A stretch of DNA of 64,000 nucleotides from an uncultured Steroidobacter sp. (lineage in GTDB: Bacteria; Pseudomonadota; Gammaproteobacteria; Steroidobacterales; Steroidobacteraceae), in contig CALLKK010000016.1 of assembly GCA_938008435.1 (NCBI GenBank), positions 11,887 through 75,886 of the forward strand, read 5' to 3'. Within the stretch, counting starts at the first letter, position 1. Each line of letters begins with the position of its first letter. Shown one piece after another: positions 52,801 to 61,412 of this stretch. Below the pieces are notes generated by a model. It did not search any database. It saw nothing but the letters and a program-made list of their open reading frames with translations, and was not told where the DNA came from. A program made the translations under genes and the position numbers.

Positions 52801-53384
52801 AGCTCCTTGCCGAAGTGGCCGAGCTGCGTCGTCGTGTCGAACAAAGCGAGCGGCTGGCCGGCGCGCGCGGCGAAGAAGGACGCAGCGACTCGGCACAGGA
52901 TGCGGCGTCCGGTACGGCGACATCGTCGGAGTCGCCAGGCAGCGAGTCCGGCCAAGCGAGCGAGCGCACGAACGGGCGTGCGCCGGGCGGCGCGGAGCGA
53001 ACATTGTCTGCGTGGGATCCGGTGCTGCCGAACATGCGCTTGCCGCAGGTCAGCGACGGACGCGATTCGTTTGCCCGGCAGACAGCATCGATCGCCGAGC
53101 GCGCGCGACAGCTGCGCGAGCGTGCCGGTCAACGCGAGCTGAGCGCACAGGAGCTGGCCGCCTTGCGCGACATGGCACGCGAGCTGCGCCGGCTCGCCGG
53201 CGATCCGCTCGCCGCACAGAGCGCGGCCATGAAGGGCGCGGTCGAACAATTGGAGCTCGCGATGCTGATGGCCGTCACCGGCGCGCGCCTCGGCGAGGCG
53301 GCCCATGCGGTCGTGCCGAGCGGCGATACGCCGCAGTATCGCGAGACGGTCGCGGAGTACTATCGCCGGCTCGGCGGGAGCTGA
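49824..53384 (+). CDS. DUF4175-like membrane protein with Ig-like repeats and very long coiled coil
   Basis: Three TMs; YPQWTGL, VPDQKPVV, HDDFRL, GDLVTYY; QQNAGGGGGGM; long Q/E/R-rich heptads; C-terminal PQYRETVAEYYRRL. ATGA overlap. Confidence 0.75.
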   Translation: MNALQRLDAYIDALRRRLAAHIYVRGASWAAAAVFVIVVAFAWWLARSAFASSLVLAARVALIVAVACIAILGVWLPLRALRRDDGARLFEQRLPEQRGRLATYLEMRRAGEASPLLALLAEDSERIARATPPEAVIPARTLRSYAAATIVLLGALAALLAVGPDPWRVASRHVLLGVELPQEIVPVRTISVSPGDVTVRRNSDLALRAFVAGFDPEQVTVFVRFEDAATWERAPMQRVESNTYAFKLYALRNPLHYYVEADGTRSSEHRVTLADPPKIERVRLTYHYPQWTGLPEETDESSRDIRAVAGTKVTIEIESDAPLEEPVIVSDAGTHALGAREGRNVGTLAVEKPGRYHIAATVGGERVALTDDYAIEIVPDQKPVVQIERPGRDWRATNIEEVPVRVRAHDDFRLQSVELHYSINGGEWRTLPLDGRVKETRKQTLLDLERLGAEQNKGESSLLAPGDLVTYYAVARDHKHTVRTDLFMVQVQPFERKFMQQNAGGGGGGMADEQGAISERQREILLATWNLQRSQATDRRAREQLEDNARMLAEMQTTLAQQARTLAMRTRARAPVESDERVRNFVESLERAAQAMDPAAMHLAAFALEKAVPVEQQALQQLLRAEAAFREVQISMQREGGGRGAQAARDFGEMFELEMDLEKSQYESESQLAENQTSKEMEEALRKLKALAERQEQLAQEARRNPQLTPEQRWRQEQLRREAEDLRRRLAALQREEQSRADESQQVDDRSGAQGGAQGSRAQSGSQREDARGRPRSALDSVDEALARMQAASTAQETTGDEPGSSAQAAASKLREALQRLDRPQPSALQETLEQLAGRASELADEQRSIEADLYNALNTAFGDSNQPRVLRGRRPLDPERTQDLVDRKQALAERLSELQRELRESVHRHRDASADAKRELARIVNDVESSDLMYRMRRSAAEIYYGRVRDAAAREGIITESLELLEKELRQAAVRAAQDGTQSPRDAVDAEQLLAEVAELRRRVEQSERLAGARGEEGRSDSAQDAASGTATSSESPGSESGQASERTNGRAPGGAERTLSAWDPVLPNMRLPQVSDGRDSFARQTASIAERARQLRERAGQRELSAQELAALRDMARELRRLAGDPLAAQSAAMKGAVEQLELAMLMAVTGARLGEAAHAVVPSGDTPQYRETVAEYYRRLGGS

Positions 53385-53394
53385 GGCAGCAGCC

Positions 53395-54210
53395 GTGCTC
53401 AGAGGCATCGCGGCATTGGTCATTGCGGCGCTGAGCCCGGGTTCGTCCAATCTCATCACCGGCGACGGCGGACGTGCCGGCGAGCCCGCCGAGCTGTCCA
53501 AGCTCAATTTCGTACGCGTCATCTACGACAGCGAAGGCGGCATGGGCGAAGCGTACTACGCCTACGATGGGCGCCTCTGGGCGCGTTGGGAAACCGATTT
53601 CCCGGAAGGCGACGACAATTTCGTGCACCGCTTGGCGCAGCTCACGCGCATCGACGTCAACCCGCGCGCCGCAAGCCGCATGCTCACGGCGTCCGACTTG
53701 GGCGACTTCCCGATGCTCTACATGTCCGACGTCGGCTACATGGTGCTCTCGGGCGAAGAGCGAGCCGCCTTGCGGCGCTATCTGCTCAACGGCGGATTCG
53801 TCTGGGTCGATGACTTCTGGGGCGATGCGGAATGGCAGCAGTTCGCCCGCGTGATGCGCGAAGTGTTGCCGGAACGCGAGTGGCAGGTGCTCACGCCGCC
53901 CAATCCGATCTTCGATACGGTGTTCCAGCTCGACGCTTTACCGCAGATCCCGGCATTGCCGTTTGCGAGTCCGACGGGCAGCACGGCGGAACCGCCCGGC
54001 GCCCACAAGCTACCGACCGGCTCGATGGAAGAAGCGCAAGCGCGTGCTTGGCTCGACGACAACGGCCGCATCATGGTGCTCGCCACGCACAACACGGACG
54101 TCGGCGACGGCTGGGAGCGCGAAGCGTACGGCGAGTGGTATTTCGAGACGTTCTCGACCAAGTCGTACATGGTCGGCACGAACGTGGTCGTGTACGCACT
54201 GCTGCACTAA
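53395..54210 (+). CDS. DUF4159 domain protein (exported)
   Basis: Signal-like N-terminus; WETDFP, FPMLYM, LRRYLLNGGFVWVDDFWG, NTDVGDGWE, GTNVVVYAL. Confidence 0.82.
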   Translation: MLRGIAALVIAALSPGSSNLITGDGGRAGEPAELSKLNFVRVIYDSEGGMGEAYYAYDGRLWARWETDFPEGDDNFVHRLAQLTRIDVNPRAASRMLTASDLGDFPMLYMSDVGYMVLSGEERAALRRYLLNGGFVWVDDFWGDAEWQQFARVMREVLPEREWQVLTPPNPIFDTVFQLDALPQIPALPFASPTGSTAEPPGAHKLPTGSMEEAQARAWLDDNGRIMVLATHNTDVGDGWEREAYGEWYFETFSTKSYMVGTNVVVYALLH

Positions 54211-54581
54211 TCGAGCGGCGCGCACTGCACGTTCGTGAGCTCGTAGCGCGCATTCGTGCGCTCGTGCAGCAACGCGCACTTGGCGCCGCGTTTGACCAGC
54301 CGAAAGATCTCGGGCCGCTCGTATTCGCGCCCGGAAATGAGCTGACCGGAAGCATCGCGCGCCGGCTTGCGTTCGATGGCGAGCACGCTGCTCTTGGTGA
54401 GTGCGTCCGCTGCGAGCGTCACGTCTGCGCCGTTCAAGGCCTCGCTCACGACGCGCTTAAGTTCGCTGCGGCTGTGCGCGTCGGGCTCGACGATGCGTGC
54501 CGGCACGTCCTGCTCAGCGACCGATGCACAGGCACTCAAAGAGGCGAGTAGCGTAGCGGCGATGACGAGCGAGGCGCGCAT
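54207..54581 (-). CDS. Hypothetical lipoprotein coupled to S41 protease
   Basis: Lipobox LSAC; two C-terminal Cys (KCAL, VQCAP); starts 3 nt after the S41 stop. Confidence 0.72.
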   Translation of the reverse strand: MRASLVIAATLLASLSACASVAEQDVPARIVEPDAHSRSELKRVVSEALNGADVTLAADALTKSSVLAIERKPARDASGQLISGREYERPEIFRLVKRGAKCALLHERTNARYELTNVQCAPLD

Positions 54582-54584
54582 CGG

Positions 54585-56162
54585 CTACATGTCCTGCAAG
54601 ATGCGCATTTCGCGCAATGGCGAGCGAATCAACTCGCCGTCGCGAGGTGCGCTCGGTTCGCCAGGCTTGTAGAGCGGCGAGCTGTTCCTGGCGGGACATT
54701 GCAGGTGACCGCTGGCGCGGAAGGACAGCGCGGCGGCGAGCCTTGCCTCGCGCGGATCGCCGAGGTCGTACCTGAAGTCATCGCCGACCTCGCAGCCCGG
54801 CACGGCGACATCGCCGGTGCGCGCGGCATTGCTCGGTACGAAGCCGTCGCCGTAGTCGCCGAAGTCCTTGGCGTTCTTGCCTTGGAACTGAATCGAGAAG
54901 TACGTGGTGCCGCAATTGTCGCGCGCGTAATAACCGTAAGGCTTACCGCAAGTGCGCGTGCCGATTTGATAGACCTCGACGCCGACGCCACGCAGCCCGT
55001 TGATGATCGCTTCGGATGCCGAGCAGGTGCTGTTGCTCGTGAGCACGTAGACGCGGTCGAGATTCAACGTCGGCAATGGCTCGCCAACTCGTGGATGCGA
55101 GAAGCCGAGCGTCGTCGAGTAGAACGGCGTGGGCTCGAGCGGCTCCCCGGTCACGGGATTGGTGGTCGTGTGCTTGTCGTTGAAGACCATCCGCTCGAAC
55201 ACTTGGCCGTCGGTGAGCGCAGGACCGGCGATCATGTACGCGAGCTGCGAGGCGATCGCGAGATAGCCGCCGCCGTTGTAGCGCAGGTCGAGCACCAGAT
55301 CGTTGACGCCCGCATCGCGCAGCGTCGCGAACGCAGCGACGAGCAGGCTTTCGGCGGTTGCGAAGTGATCGTTGAACAGGATGTAGCCGACCGGATCGGT
55401 ATCGGGATCGATGACCGACACGTTCTGCACCGGCACCGACTCGGTCTCATCCGGCGTGAGCGTGACCGAATACGTCTCGCCCGTGCGCTTGCGCATGATG
55501 AACGTATGCGCGCGCTGCACTGTGGGATAGAGACCTTCGACGATCGCCTCCACGTCCGCGCGCGCACCGCCGTAGACCACATCGACGCCGTCGATGTAGA
55601 TCACCTCGTCGCCGCGCGATAACCCGGCGTCGGCTGCAGGCGTGTCGGGATCGGTATAAGCGACGAGAATGCGGCGCGGGGGCGTGCCGTTTAGAACCAT
55701 CCATTGCGCGCCGTAGCCGAACACGACACCGGCTTGCGAAAGCTGATACCACTCGTACGAGTCGTAAGTGAAATGAAAACGGTCCTTCGGTGCGCCGGAC
55801 GGCGTCGTCGCCGTGGTCTTGAGCAGATCGAAGTAATCGAGCGTCTCGTAATTGCGCGGATCGAGATCCGGTACTTCGCGGTACCAGAGATAAAGCTCGT
55901 TCGTCCAGGAACGCAGGAAATTGTTCTCGTCCGTGCGAGTGCCGCGCACGTCGGGGAAGGGCCTGCCTGTCGCAGGGTTCGTGCCGCTGCGCGGCGCCAC
56001 GCAACGATTCGCGAAGGTGGAAGACGGTAGATAAACGCCCGGGGTGTAGTCGTTGCCGGAAGGGCTCGAAGGCGTTCCGTCGTCGCCCCCGCCGCCGCCA
56101 CCGCCGCAGGCGGCGAGATACCCCATCATCCACACGACAACGCCCACGCGCGCTGCGTTCAT
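54585..56162 (-). CDS. S41 family (CtpA/tail-specific-like) PDZ serine protease lipoprotein
   Basis: Lipobox LAAC, Gly linker; YLWY; PDZ (AGLSRGDEV); VLDLRYNGGG; TCSASE (Ser) and TCGK (Lys). Confidence 0.9.
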   Translation of the reverse strand: MNAARVGVVVWMMGYLAACGGGGGGGDDGTPSSPSGNDYTPGVYLPSSTFANRCVAPRSGTNPATGRPFPDVRGTRTDENNFLRSWTNELYLWYREVPDLDPRNYETLDYFDLLKTTATTPSGAPKDRFHFTYDSYEWYQLSQAGVVFGYGAQWMVLNGTPPRRILVAYTDPDTPAADAGLSRGDEVIYIDGVDVVYGGARADVEAIVEGLYPTVQRAHTFIMRKRTGETYSVTLTPDETESVPVQNVSVIDPDTDPVGYILFNDHFATAESLLVAAFATLRDAGVNDLVLDLRYNGGGYLAIASQLAYMIAGPALTDGQVFERMVFNDKHTTTNPVTGEPLEPTPFYSTTLGFSHPRVGEPLPTLNLDRVYVLTSNSTCSASEAIINGLRGVGVEVYQIGTRTCGKPYGYYARDNCGTTYFSIQFQGKNAKDFGDYGDGFVPSNAARTGDVAVPGCEVGDDFRYDLGDPREARLAAALSFRASGHLQCPARNSSPLYKPGEPSAPRDGELIRSPLREMRILQDM

Positions 56163-56281
56163 ACGGCCTCCGTCGACCCGTCCCTCGTCGGGTCTTCTTG
56201 TACTACAACGTCTGATATCGCGCTACGGCCGGTGTCGATCCGGCGCGTCACCGCGCAACGCATGCGAACGTTCAGCCTTGG

Positions 56282-57511
56282 TTAATCAACAGCCGGCGCC
56301 TTGGTGCGCCATGCTGCTGCGATACGCGCTGAGATCGGATGGCGATCGAGCGTGAGCACGAGGGCCAGGCAGCCGATCACCGCCAAAGCCGTGCCTACCC
56401 CAAACGAAATCACATAACCGAAGTGATCGGCGATGACGGCAGCGACTACGTTGGCCGCGCTGCCGACCAGGACGACGATGCTCGCGAGCAGGGTGTAGTC
56501 GGTGCCGGCATGCTCCGGGTCGGAGGCATCCATCATGAAGGTAAACAACGCCACGGTCGCCATCGTCCCGATCACGCCTTCGAGAATCGTGGCCCACCAC
56601 AGCATGCCGATGCCGCCGATCTTGGCCGCCGCGAGGATGAACAACACGAAGCATGCTGCCTGCCCGAGCCCGCTCACGAGCAGCGCATAGCGCCGCCCGA
56701 CGCGGTAGGCAAACCAGCCGCCGACGAAGGCGCCGATAAGGCTCGTGAAGGAGCCGACCGTGCCTTTCATGAGCGCGATGGTTTCCTTGTTCAAACCGTA
56801 GTCGGAGAGAAACGGGCCCCAGAGCGTCGAGATCATTTGATCGCCGAAGCGATAACAGAACACGAGCGCCGCGAGGGCCAGCACGCCGGGCACGAGCAGC
56901 CGCTGCAGCCAGCCGACAAGCAAGTACGGCGCGCTCGCCGCTGGGGGCGCAGGAATTTGACGGTCGTCGAAGAGCAGCACGGGCACGATGCATGCGGCGA
57001 GCAGCACGGCCATCGCGATAAATGTGATCGACCAGTGCGTGCGCGCGAAGAGCCAGAGCAGCAAACCGCCGCCCAGGATCATGCCGAGCCGATAGGCGCC
57101 GACCTGTATACCGTTGCCGAGCCCTCGCTCCTGGGTATCGAGCATGCGCACGGCAAGGCCGTCGGTGACGATGTCCTGCGTGGCAGCGATGAGGCTGAAG
57201 ATGAACGCAGCGCCGAGCACGATCGGCAGATGGTCTCTGATGTCGATGCAAGCGAGCAGCGCGGCCGCCGCCACGCCCGCAAGCTGCAACGCCAGCAGCC
57301 AGGTCTTGCGCCGGCCGACGCGATCGACGAGCGGCGCCCAGAGAAACTTGAGCGCCCACGGCAGGTACAACAGACTGAGCGCACTGATCGCCGTGAGGGA
57401 ATAACCCGCCTCGCGCAACACGACCGGCAGCGCAATGGTGAAGAAGCCGAAAGGCAGCCCCTGCGCCAGGTACAGGGCGACGAGAAGCGCGATCTTGAGC
57501 GCGCGGCTCAC
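56282..57511 (-). CDS. MFS transporter, AmpG/RhtX-FptX family
   Basis: LYLAQGLPFGF, LPWALKFLWAPLVD, ATQDIVTDG, about 12 TM. Confidence 0.88.
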   Translation of the reverse strand: MSRALKIALLVALYLAQGLPFGFFTIALPVVLREAGYSLTAISALSLLYLPWALKFLWAPLVDRVGRRKTWLLALQLAGVAAAALLACIDIRDHLPIVLGAAFIFSLIAATQDIVTDGLAVRMLDTQERGLGNGIQVGAYRLGMILGGGLLLWLFARTHWSITFIAMAVLLAACIVPVLLFDDRQIPAPPAASAPYLLVGWLQRLLVPGVLALAALVFCYRFGDQMISTLWGPFLSDYGLNKETIALMKGTVGSFTSLIGAFVGGWFAYRVGRRYALLVSGLGQAACFVLFILAAAKIGGIGMLWWATILEGVIGTMATVALFTFMMDASDPEHAGTDYTLLASIVVLVGSAANVVAAVIADHFGYVISFGVGTALAVIGCLALVLTLDRHPISARIAAAWRTKAPAVD

Positions 57512-57610
57512 GGCACGCTCCAGCGCTTGTTCGACGCGCGATCGCCCCGATGTCGCAGCACGGCGCATTCGGCTACGCTCGCATGATCGGCGCTGCGCGC
57601 GGGGTTCGGC

Positions 57611-58276
57611 ATGAGCTGGCTGGTCGAAGGCTTCATGTATGTCGTCAGCACGGTCGGTGCATTGTTGCCGATCGTCAATCCGCTCTCGGCCGTCGGCCTC
57701 GTCGTGAGCATTACGGCCAATCTAACCGAGGCCGAGCGCACGCAGCAGATCCGGCGCGCCTGTATCTACATGTTCTTCATCCTGACGGCATTCCTGGTTG
57801 CGGGCGGGCTCATCATGAGGTTCTTCGGCATCTCGATTCCAGGGCTGCGCATCGCCGGCGGGCTCATCGTAAGCTATCTCGGCTTTCGCATGCTCTTCCC
57901 CGATCACGCGCCGATTTCCCCGCAAGAACGCGACGAAGCCGCGCTCAAGCCGGACGTGTCCTTCACGCCGCTGGCGATGCCGAGCCTGAGTGGCCCGGGC
58001 TCGATTGCGGTGGTGGTGGGTATCTCCTCGACGGCGCAACAAACCGAGCTCGTGATCGTGAACCATTTGTTGGTCGCGATCGGCATCGCGATCACGGCTG
58101 CGATTTCCTATGCCGTGCTGCGGGCCGCGGTGCGGCTCGACAAGGTCCTCGGCGCCACGGGCATGAATGCAATTGCCCGCATCATGGGCTTCATGCTCGT
58201 CTGCATCGGCGTGCAGTTCGTCATCAACGGCATCATCGAGATCTCTGCCATCTTGGGGCAGCAGCGCGCTACTTGA
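57611..58276 (+). CDS. MarC family integral membrane protein
   Basis: IVNPLSAV, FGISIPGLRIAGG, PLAMPSLSGPGSI, ARIMGFML. Confidence 0.92.
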   Translation: MSWLVEGFMYVVSTVGALLPIVNPLSAVGLVVSITANLTEAERTQQIRRACIYMFFILTAFLVAGGLIMRFFGISIPGLRIAGGLIVSYLGFRMLFPDHAPISPQERDEAALKPDVSFTPLAMPSLSGPGSIAVVVGISSTAQQTELVIVNHLLVAIGIAITAAISYAVLRAAVRLDKVLGATGMNAIARIMGFMLVCIGVQFVINGIIEISAILGQQRAT

Positions 58277-58709
58277 GCACGGGCGGTTCGATCGCAATGA
58301 CTTTGCGATCGCGCAGCGTCACGCTGCCGCTCAAAAATCCTGACGAGCCGATCTCGAGCGCATAGAGCAGGATGCGCCGCTCGCCCTGCGTATCTTCCTC
58401 GACGCGCATCGACGTCGGCGGCCCCAGGGTTTCGATCACGGTCATCTCGTCCGTGCCGAGACGCAGCGTGTGCCATTTCTTGGCGTCGATCCACTTGTCC
58501 GAAGGCGGATCGAGCGGTCTGCGCACACTGTCGATTGGTGCGGGTGACGCTCCGGCGTGCCGCTTGAGCTCCGCGAGCTCCCGCGCGAGCGTGCTGACCT
58601 CGCGTTCCAGTCGGCGCACATCCTGCTCGAGGCTGATGATCCAGCCGTAGTCGTCGCCGGCCGCGCTTGCGGCGACGAATAGCGCCACCCACGCCAGCAA
58701 TGCTTTCAT
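58269..58709 (-). CDS. Secreted hypothetical protein: coiled coil plus SmpA/BamE-like C-terminal domain
   Basis: Signal MKALLAWVALFVAASA; heptads LEQDVRRLEREVSTLARELAEL; WHTLRLGTDEMTVIETLGPP. Confidence 0.65.
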   Translation of the reverse strand: MKALLAWVALFVAASAAGDDYGWIISLEQDVRRLEREVSTLARELAELKRHAGASPAPIDSVRRPLDPPSDKWIDAKKWHTLRLGTDEMTVIETLGPPTSMRVEEDTQGERRILLYALEIGSSGFLSGSVTLRDRKVIAIEPPVLK

Positions 58710-58834
58710 ACAGCGGCCCTCGCCCATGCCCTCATCGGGCGGTCGAGGATGCAACGCGCGATTGCGCGGTTTCTTTCCCAGCATGGACGGGCTCCGTCGA
58801 TGTCTGCAGAATCGCCGTCGGTTCAGTGCGGGAC

Positions 58835-61015
58835 ATGCGCTCGATGAAAGGCCGTTACGCGATTCTCTTTGCGTTTGCGCTCCTGGTGTCGGCACCTGCC
58901 GTCGCCGAGAAGGTCACGATCGTCTACGACGCCGAGCGGCCGCCGATTGCATATGCAGCGCGCAAGCTCACGAGCGCCCTGCGCGAGCGTGGCCATGAAG
59001 TAAGCGACCAACGCACCGGCTACGATCGCCTGATCAGTCTCGCCGTGCATGGCGCGCGCTTGCCCGCCGAGGCATTCGCCGTCCTGCCGGAAGGCAAGGT
59101 TATCACCGTCTATGGCGGCGATGAGCGCGGTCTGGTCTACGGCGCGCTGAGCCTCATCGAAGCATTGCGCAACGGCACGCCGCTCGCGGGCATCCAGGCG
59201 CACGAAGAACGGCCGCATCTCGAATTCCGCGGCATCAAGTTCAATCTTCCGTGGGACACCTACCGGCCGAGCTCGGCGCTCGATCAGCACTACGAGACCG
59301 TGCGCGACCTCAAGTTCTGGGAAGCGTTCCTCGACATGATGGTCGAGAACCGCTTCAATGCGATCAGCTTGTGGAATCTCCACCCGTACACGTACATGGT
59401 GCTGCCGAAGAACTTTCCCGAGGCGAGCCCCTGGTCGAAGAAGGAGCTCGCCGCGTGGCAGCGCCTGTATCGCGAGATCTTCCGCATGGCGAAGGAGCGC
59501 GCGCTCGACACTTACATCGTGCACTGGAACATCTTCGTCAGCCGCGAGCTCGCCCAGGCGCACGATGTCGCGAAGGTGAACTTCTATCCGCACTACTACG
59601 TGCCGGGCGATACGTCCGAGCTCGTGCGTCGTTACTTGCGCGAGAGCGTCACACAAGTGCTCGAGGAGTACCCAGACCTCGACGGCATCGGTATCTCGCA
59701 CGGCGAAGGCATGGCGGAGATGACGCCGCTCGAACGGCAACGCTGGGTCGACGACGTGCTCATCGCCGGCATGCTCGCAGCCAAACGGCCGGTGAAGCTG
59801 ATTCACCGAGTGCCCTTCTCATCCGGCACCTCTTCGGAGCCGGGCGTGAGCCGCGATGTCGAGCAGATCACTCGCGAGGCCATGGAGGCCTTGGGCGATC
59901 GCTTCGACGGCCCGATCTGGGTCGAGATGAAATTCAACTGGTCGCACGCCCACTCGACGCCGGAGCTCGTCAAAGTGCACGGCGGGCCGCTCGGCGATAC
60001 GTACTTCGTGCCGCCGCCGAAGAACTACAAGATCACATGGCAGGCGCGTAATGAGGACTTCTTCGCGCTGCGCTGGGGCGTGCCGAGCTTCATTCGCGAG
60101 CACATTGCGCGCAACGGCGCGCCCGACTACGTAGGCGGCTATTTCGTCGGCTCGGAAACGTACATTCCGGCGCTCGATTACTTCACCGCGATCGAAGCGC
60201 CCGTGGCATGGCGGTGGGCATTCGAGCGTCAATGGCTGTTCTACAAGCTTTGGGGCCGCCTCCTGTACAACCCGGCCACGCCCGATGCCGTGTTCGAGGC
60301 GGAATTCGTCCGCCGCTACGGCCAGAAGGCGCGATCGCTGCTGCAGGCCTATTCGCTTGCGTCCGCGACGCAGCTTCGTCTGGCATCGCTCTATGACTCA
60401 CGCTGGGACTTCACGCTCTACGGCGAAGGATTCCTCGCATTGCAGGATGAGCACACGCGCTACATCTCCGTCGATCGGCTCATCGAGCAACCGCCGCTCG
60501 ATCCGGATTACGTCTCGGTGCGCGAGTACGTGGAGACGCTCGCTGCGGGCGGCGCTTTCGGCGCGGATCGCATGACGCCGCCGAAGCTCATCGACTTGCT
60601 GGAGCGCGACGATCGCGAAGCCTTGCGTCTTGTCGCGGCGATCGACCCGGCGGGGGATGCTTCGCTCCTCTACGAGGTGGCCGATGTGAAGGTCTGGGCC
60701 AATCTCGGACTGCACCTTGCGGAGAAGCTGAAAGGGGCGCTCGCCTTGCAGCGCTATCGACTGATGGGCGACGAAGCGGACCGAGAGTCCGCCATCGCGC
60801 ACCTCACGCAGGCGCTTGCCTATTGGGATGAAGTCGTGGCGATCACGCGGCCGCTCTATCGCGACATGCCGCTCACGCACTACAACCACAACGAGTTCGT
60901 CGCGAACGACGACAACTTGTTTCATTGGGCGCGCGTGCGCAATGAAGTGGCCGAGGATGTCGAGATCGCGCGTCGTGCGCGGCCTGTGACCGAGACAGCG
61001 AGCGCACGGCGCTGA
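58835..61015 (+). CDS. Secreted glycoside hydrolase-like protein (GH67/GH20-type N-domain plus TIM barrel)
   Basis: Signal peptide; ITVYGGDERGLVYG, PHLEFRGIKFN, MVENRFNAISLWN, LDGIGISHGE. Family not assignable by eye. Confidence 0.6.
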   Translation: MRSMKGRYAILFAFALLVSAPAVAEKVTIVYDAERPPIAYAARKLTSALRERGHEVSDQRTGYDRLISLAVHGARLPAEAFAVLPEGKVITVYGGDERGLVYGALSLIEALRNGTPLAGIQAHEERPHLEFRGIKFNLPWDTYRPSSALDQHYETVRDLKFWEAFLDMMVENRFNAISLWNLHPYTYMVLPKNFPEASPWSKKELAAWQRLYREIFRMAKERALDTYIVHWNIFVSRELAQAHDVAKVNFYPHYYVPGDTSELVRRYLRESVTQVLEEYPDLDGIGISHGEGMAEMTPLERQRWVDDVLIAGMLAAKRPVKLIHRVPFSSGTSSEPGVSRDVEQITREAMEALGDRFDGPIWVEMKFNWSHAHSTPELVKVHGGPLGDTYFVPPPKNYKITWQARNEDFFALRWGVPSFIREHIARNGAPDYVGGYFVGSETYIPALDYFTAIEAPVAWRWAFERQWLFYKLWGRLLYNPATPDAVFEAEFVRRYGQKARSLLQAYSLASATQLRLASLYDSRWDFTLYGEGFLALQDEHTRYISVDRLIEQPPLDPDYVSVREYVETLAAGGAFGADRMTPPKLIDLLERDDREALRLVAAIDPAGDASLLYEVADVKVWANLGLHLAEKLKGALALQRYRLMGDEADRESAIAHLTQALAYWDEVVAITRPLYRDMPLTHYNHNEFVANDDNLFHWARVRNEVAEDVEIARRARPVTETASARR

Positions 61016-61025
61016 AGGAGCAACG

Positions 61026-61400
61026 ATGGATCGGCGCGAATTCATCGTCGGACTTGCCGCATTTTCGCTCGCCGGTTGCCGACAGACGCAGGATGGAGGA
61101 ACGAGCATGTACGGACTCATTGGCAAGATCACCGCGACGCCCGGCCAGCGCGATACGCTGATCGGCCTGCTGCTCGAGGGCAGCAAGGACATGCCCGGGT
61201 GCTTGAGCTACATCGTCGCGAGGGATCCGAGCGATGCCGACGCTGTGTGGGTTACCGAGGTGTGGGACAGCGAGACAAGTCACAAGGCTTCGCTTCAGCT
61301 GCCGCAGGTGCGCGCCGCGATCGCGCAAGCAAAGCCGCTGATCGGAGCTTTCGGTCCGAGCTACGTCACCGAACCCGTGGGCGGTCACGGCCTCGGCTAA
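61026..61400 (+). CDS. Antibiotic-biosynthesis-monooxygenase (ABM) domain protein with Tat lipoprotein signal
   Basis: MDRREFI Tat motif, LAGC lipobox; ABM core PGCLSY, VWVTEVWDS...H..SL. Second in-frame ATG at 61107. Confidence 0.85.
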   Translation: MDRREFIVGLAAFSLAGCRQTQDGGTSMYGLIGKITATPGQRDTLIGLLLEGSKDMPGCLSYIVARDPSDADAVWVTEVWDSETSHKASLQLPQVRAAIAQAKPLIGAFGPSYVTEPVGGHGLG

Positions 61401-61412
61401 AGCCGTGACTGG

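Noticed and set aside
56084-56106. CCG triplet run
   Set aside because: It encodes the Gly linker after the S41 lipoprotein Cys and is not a functional DNA repeat.
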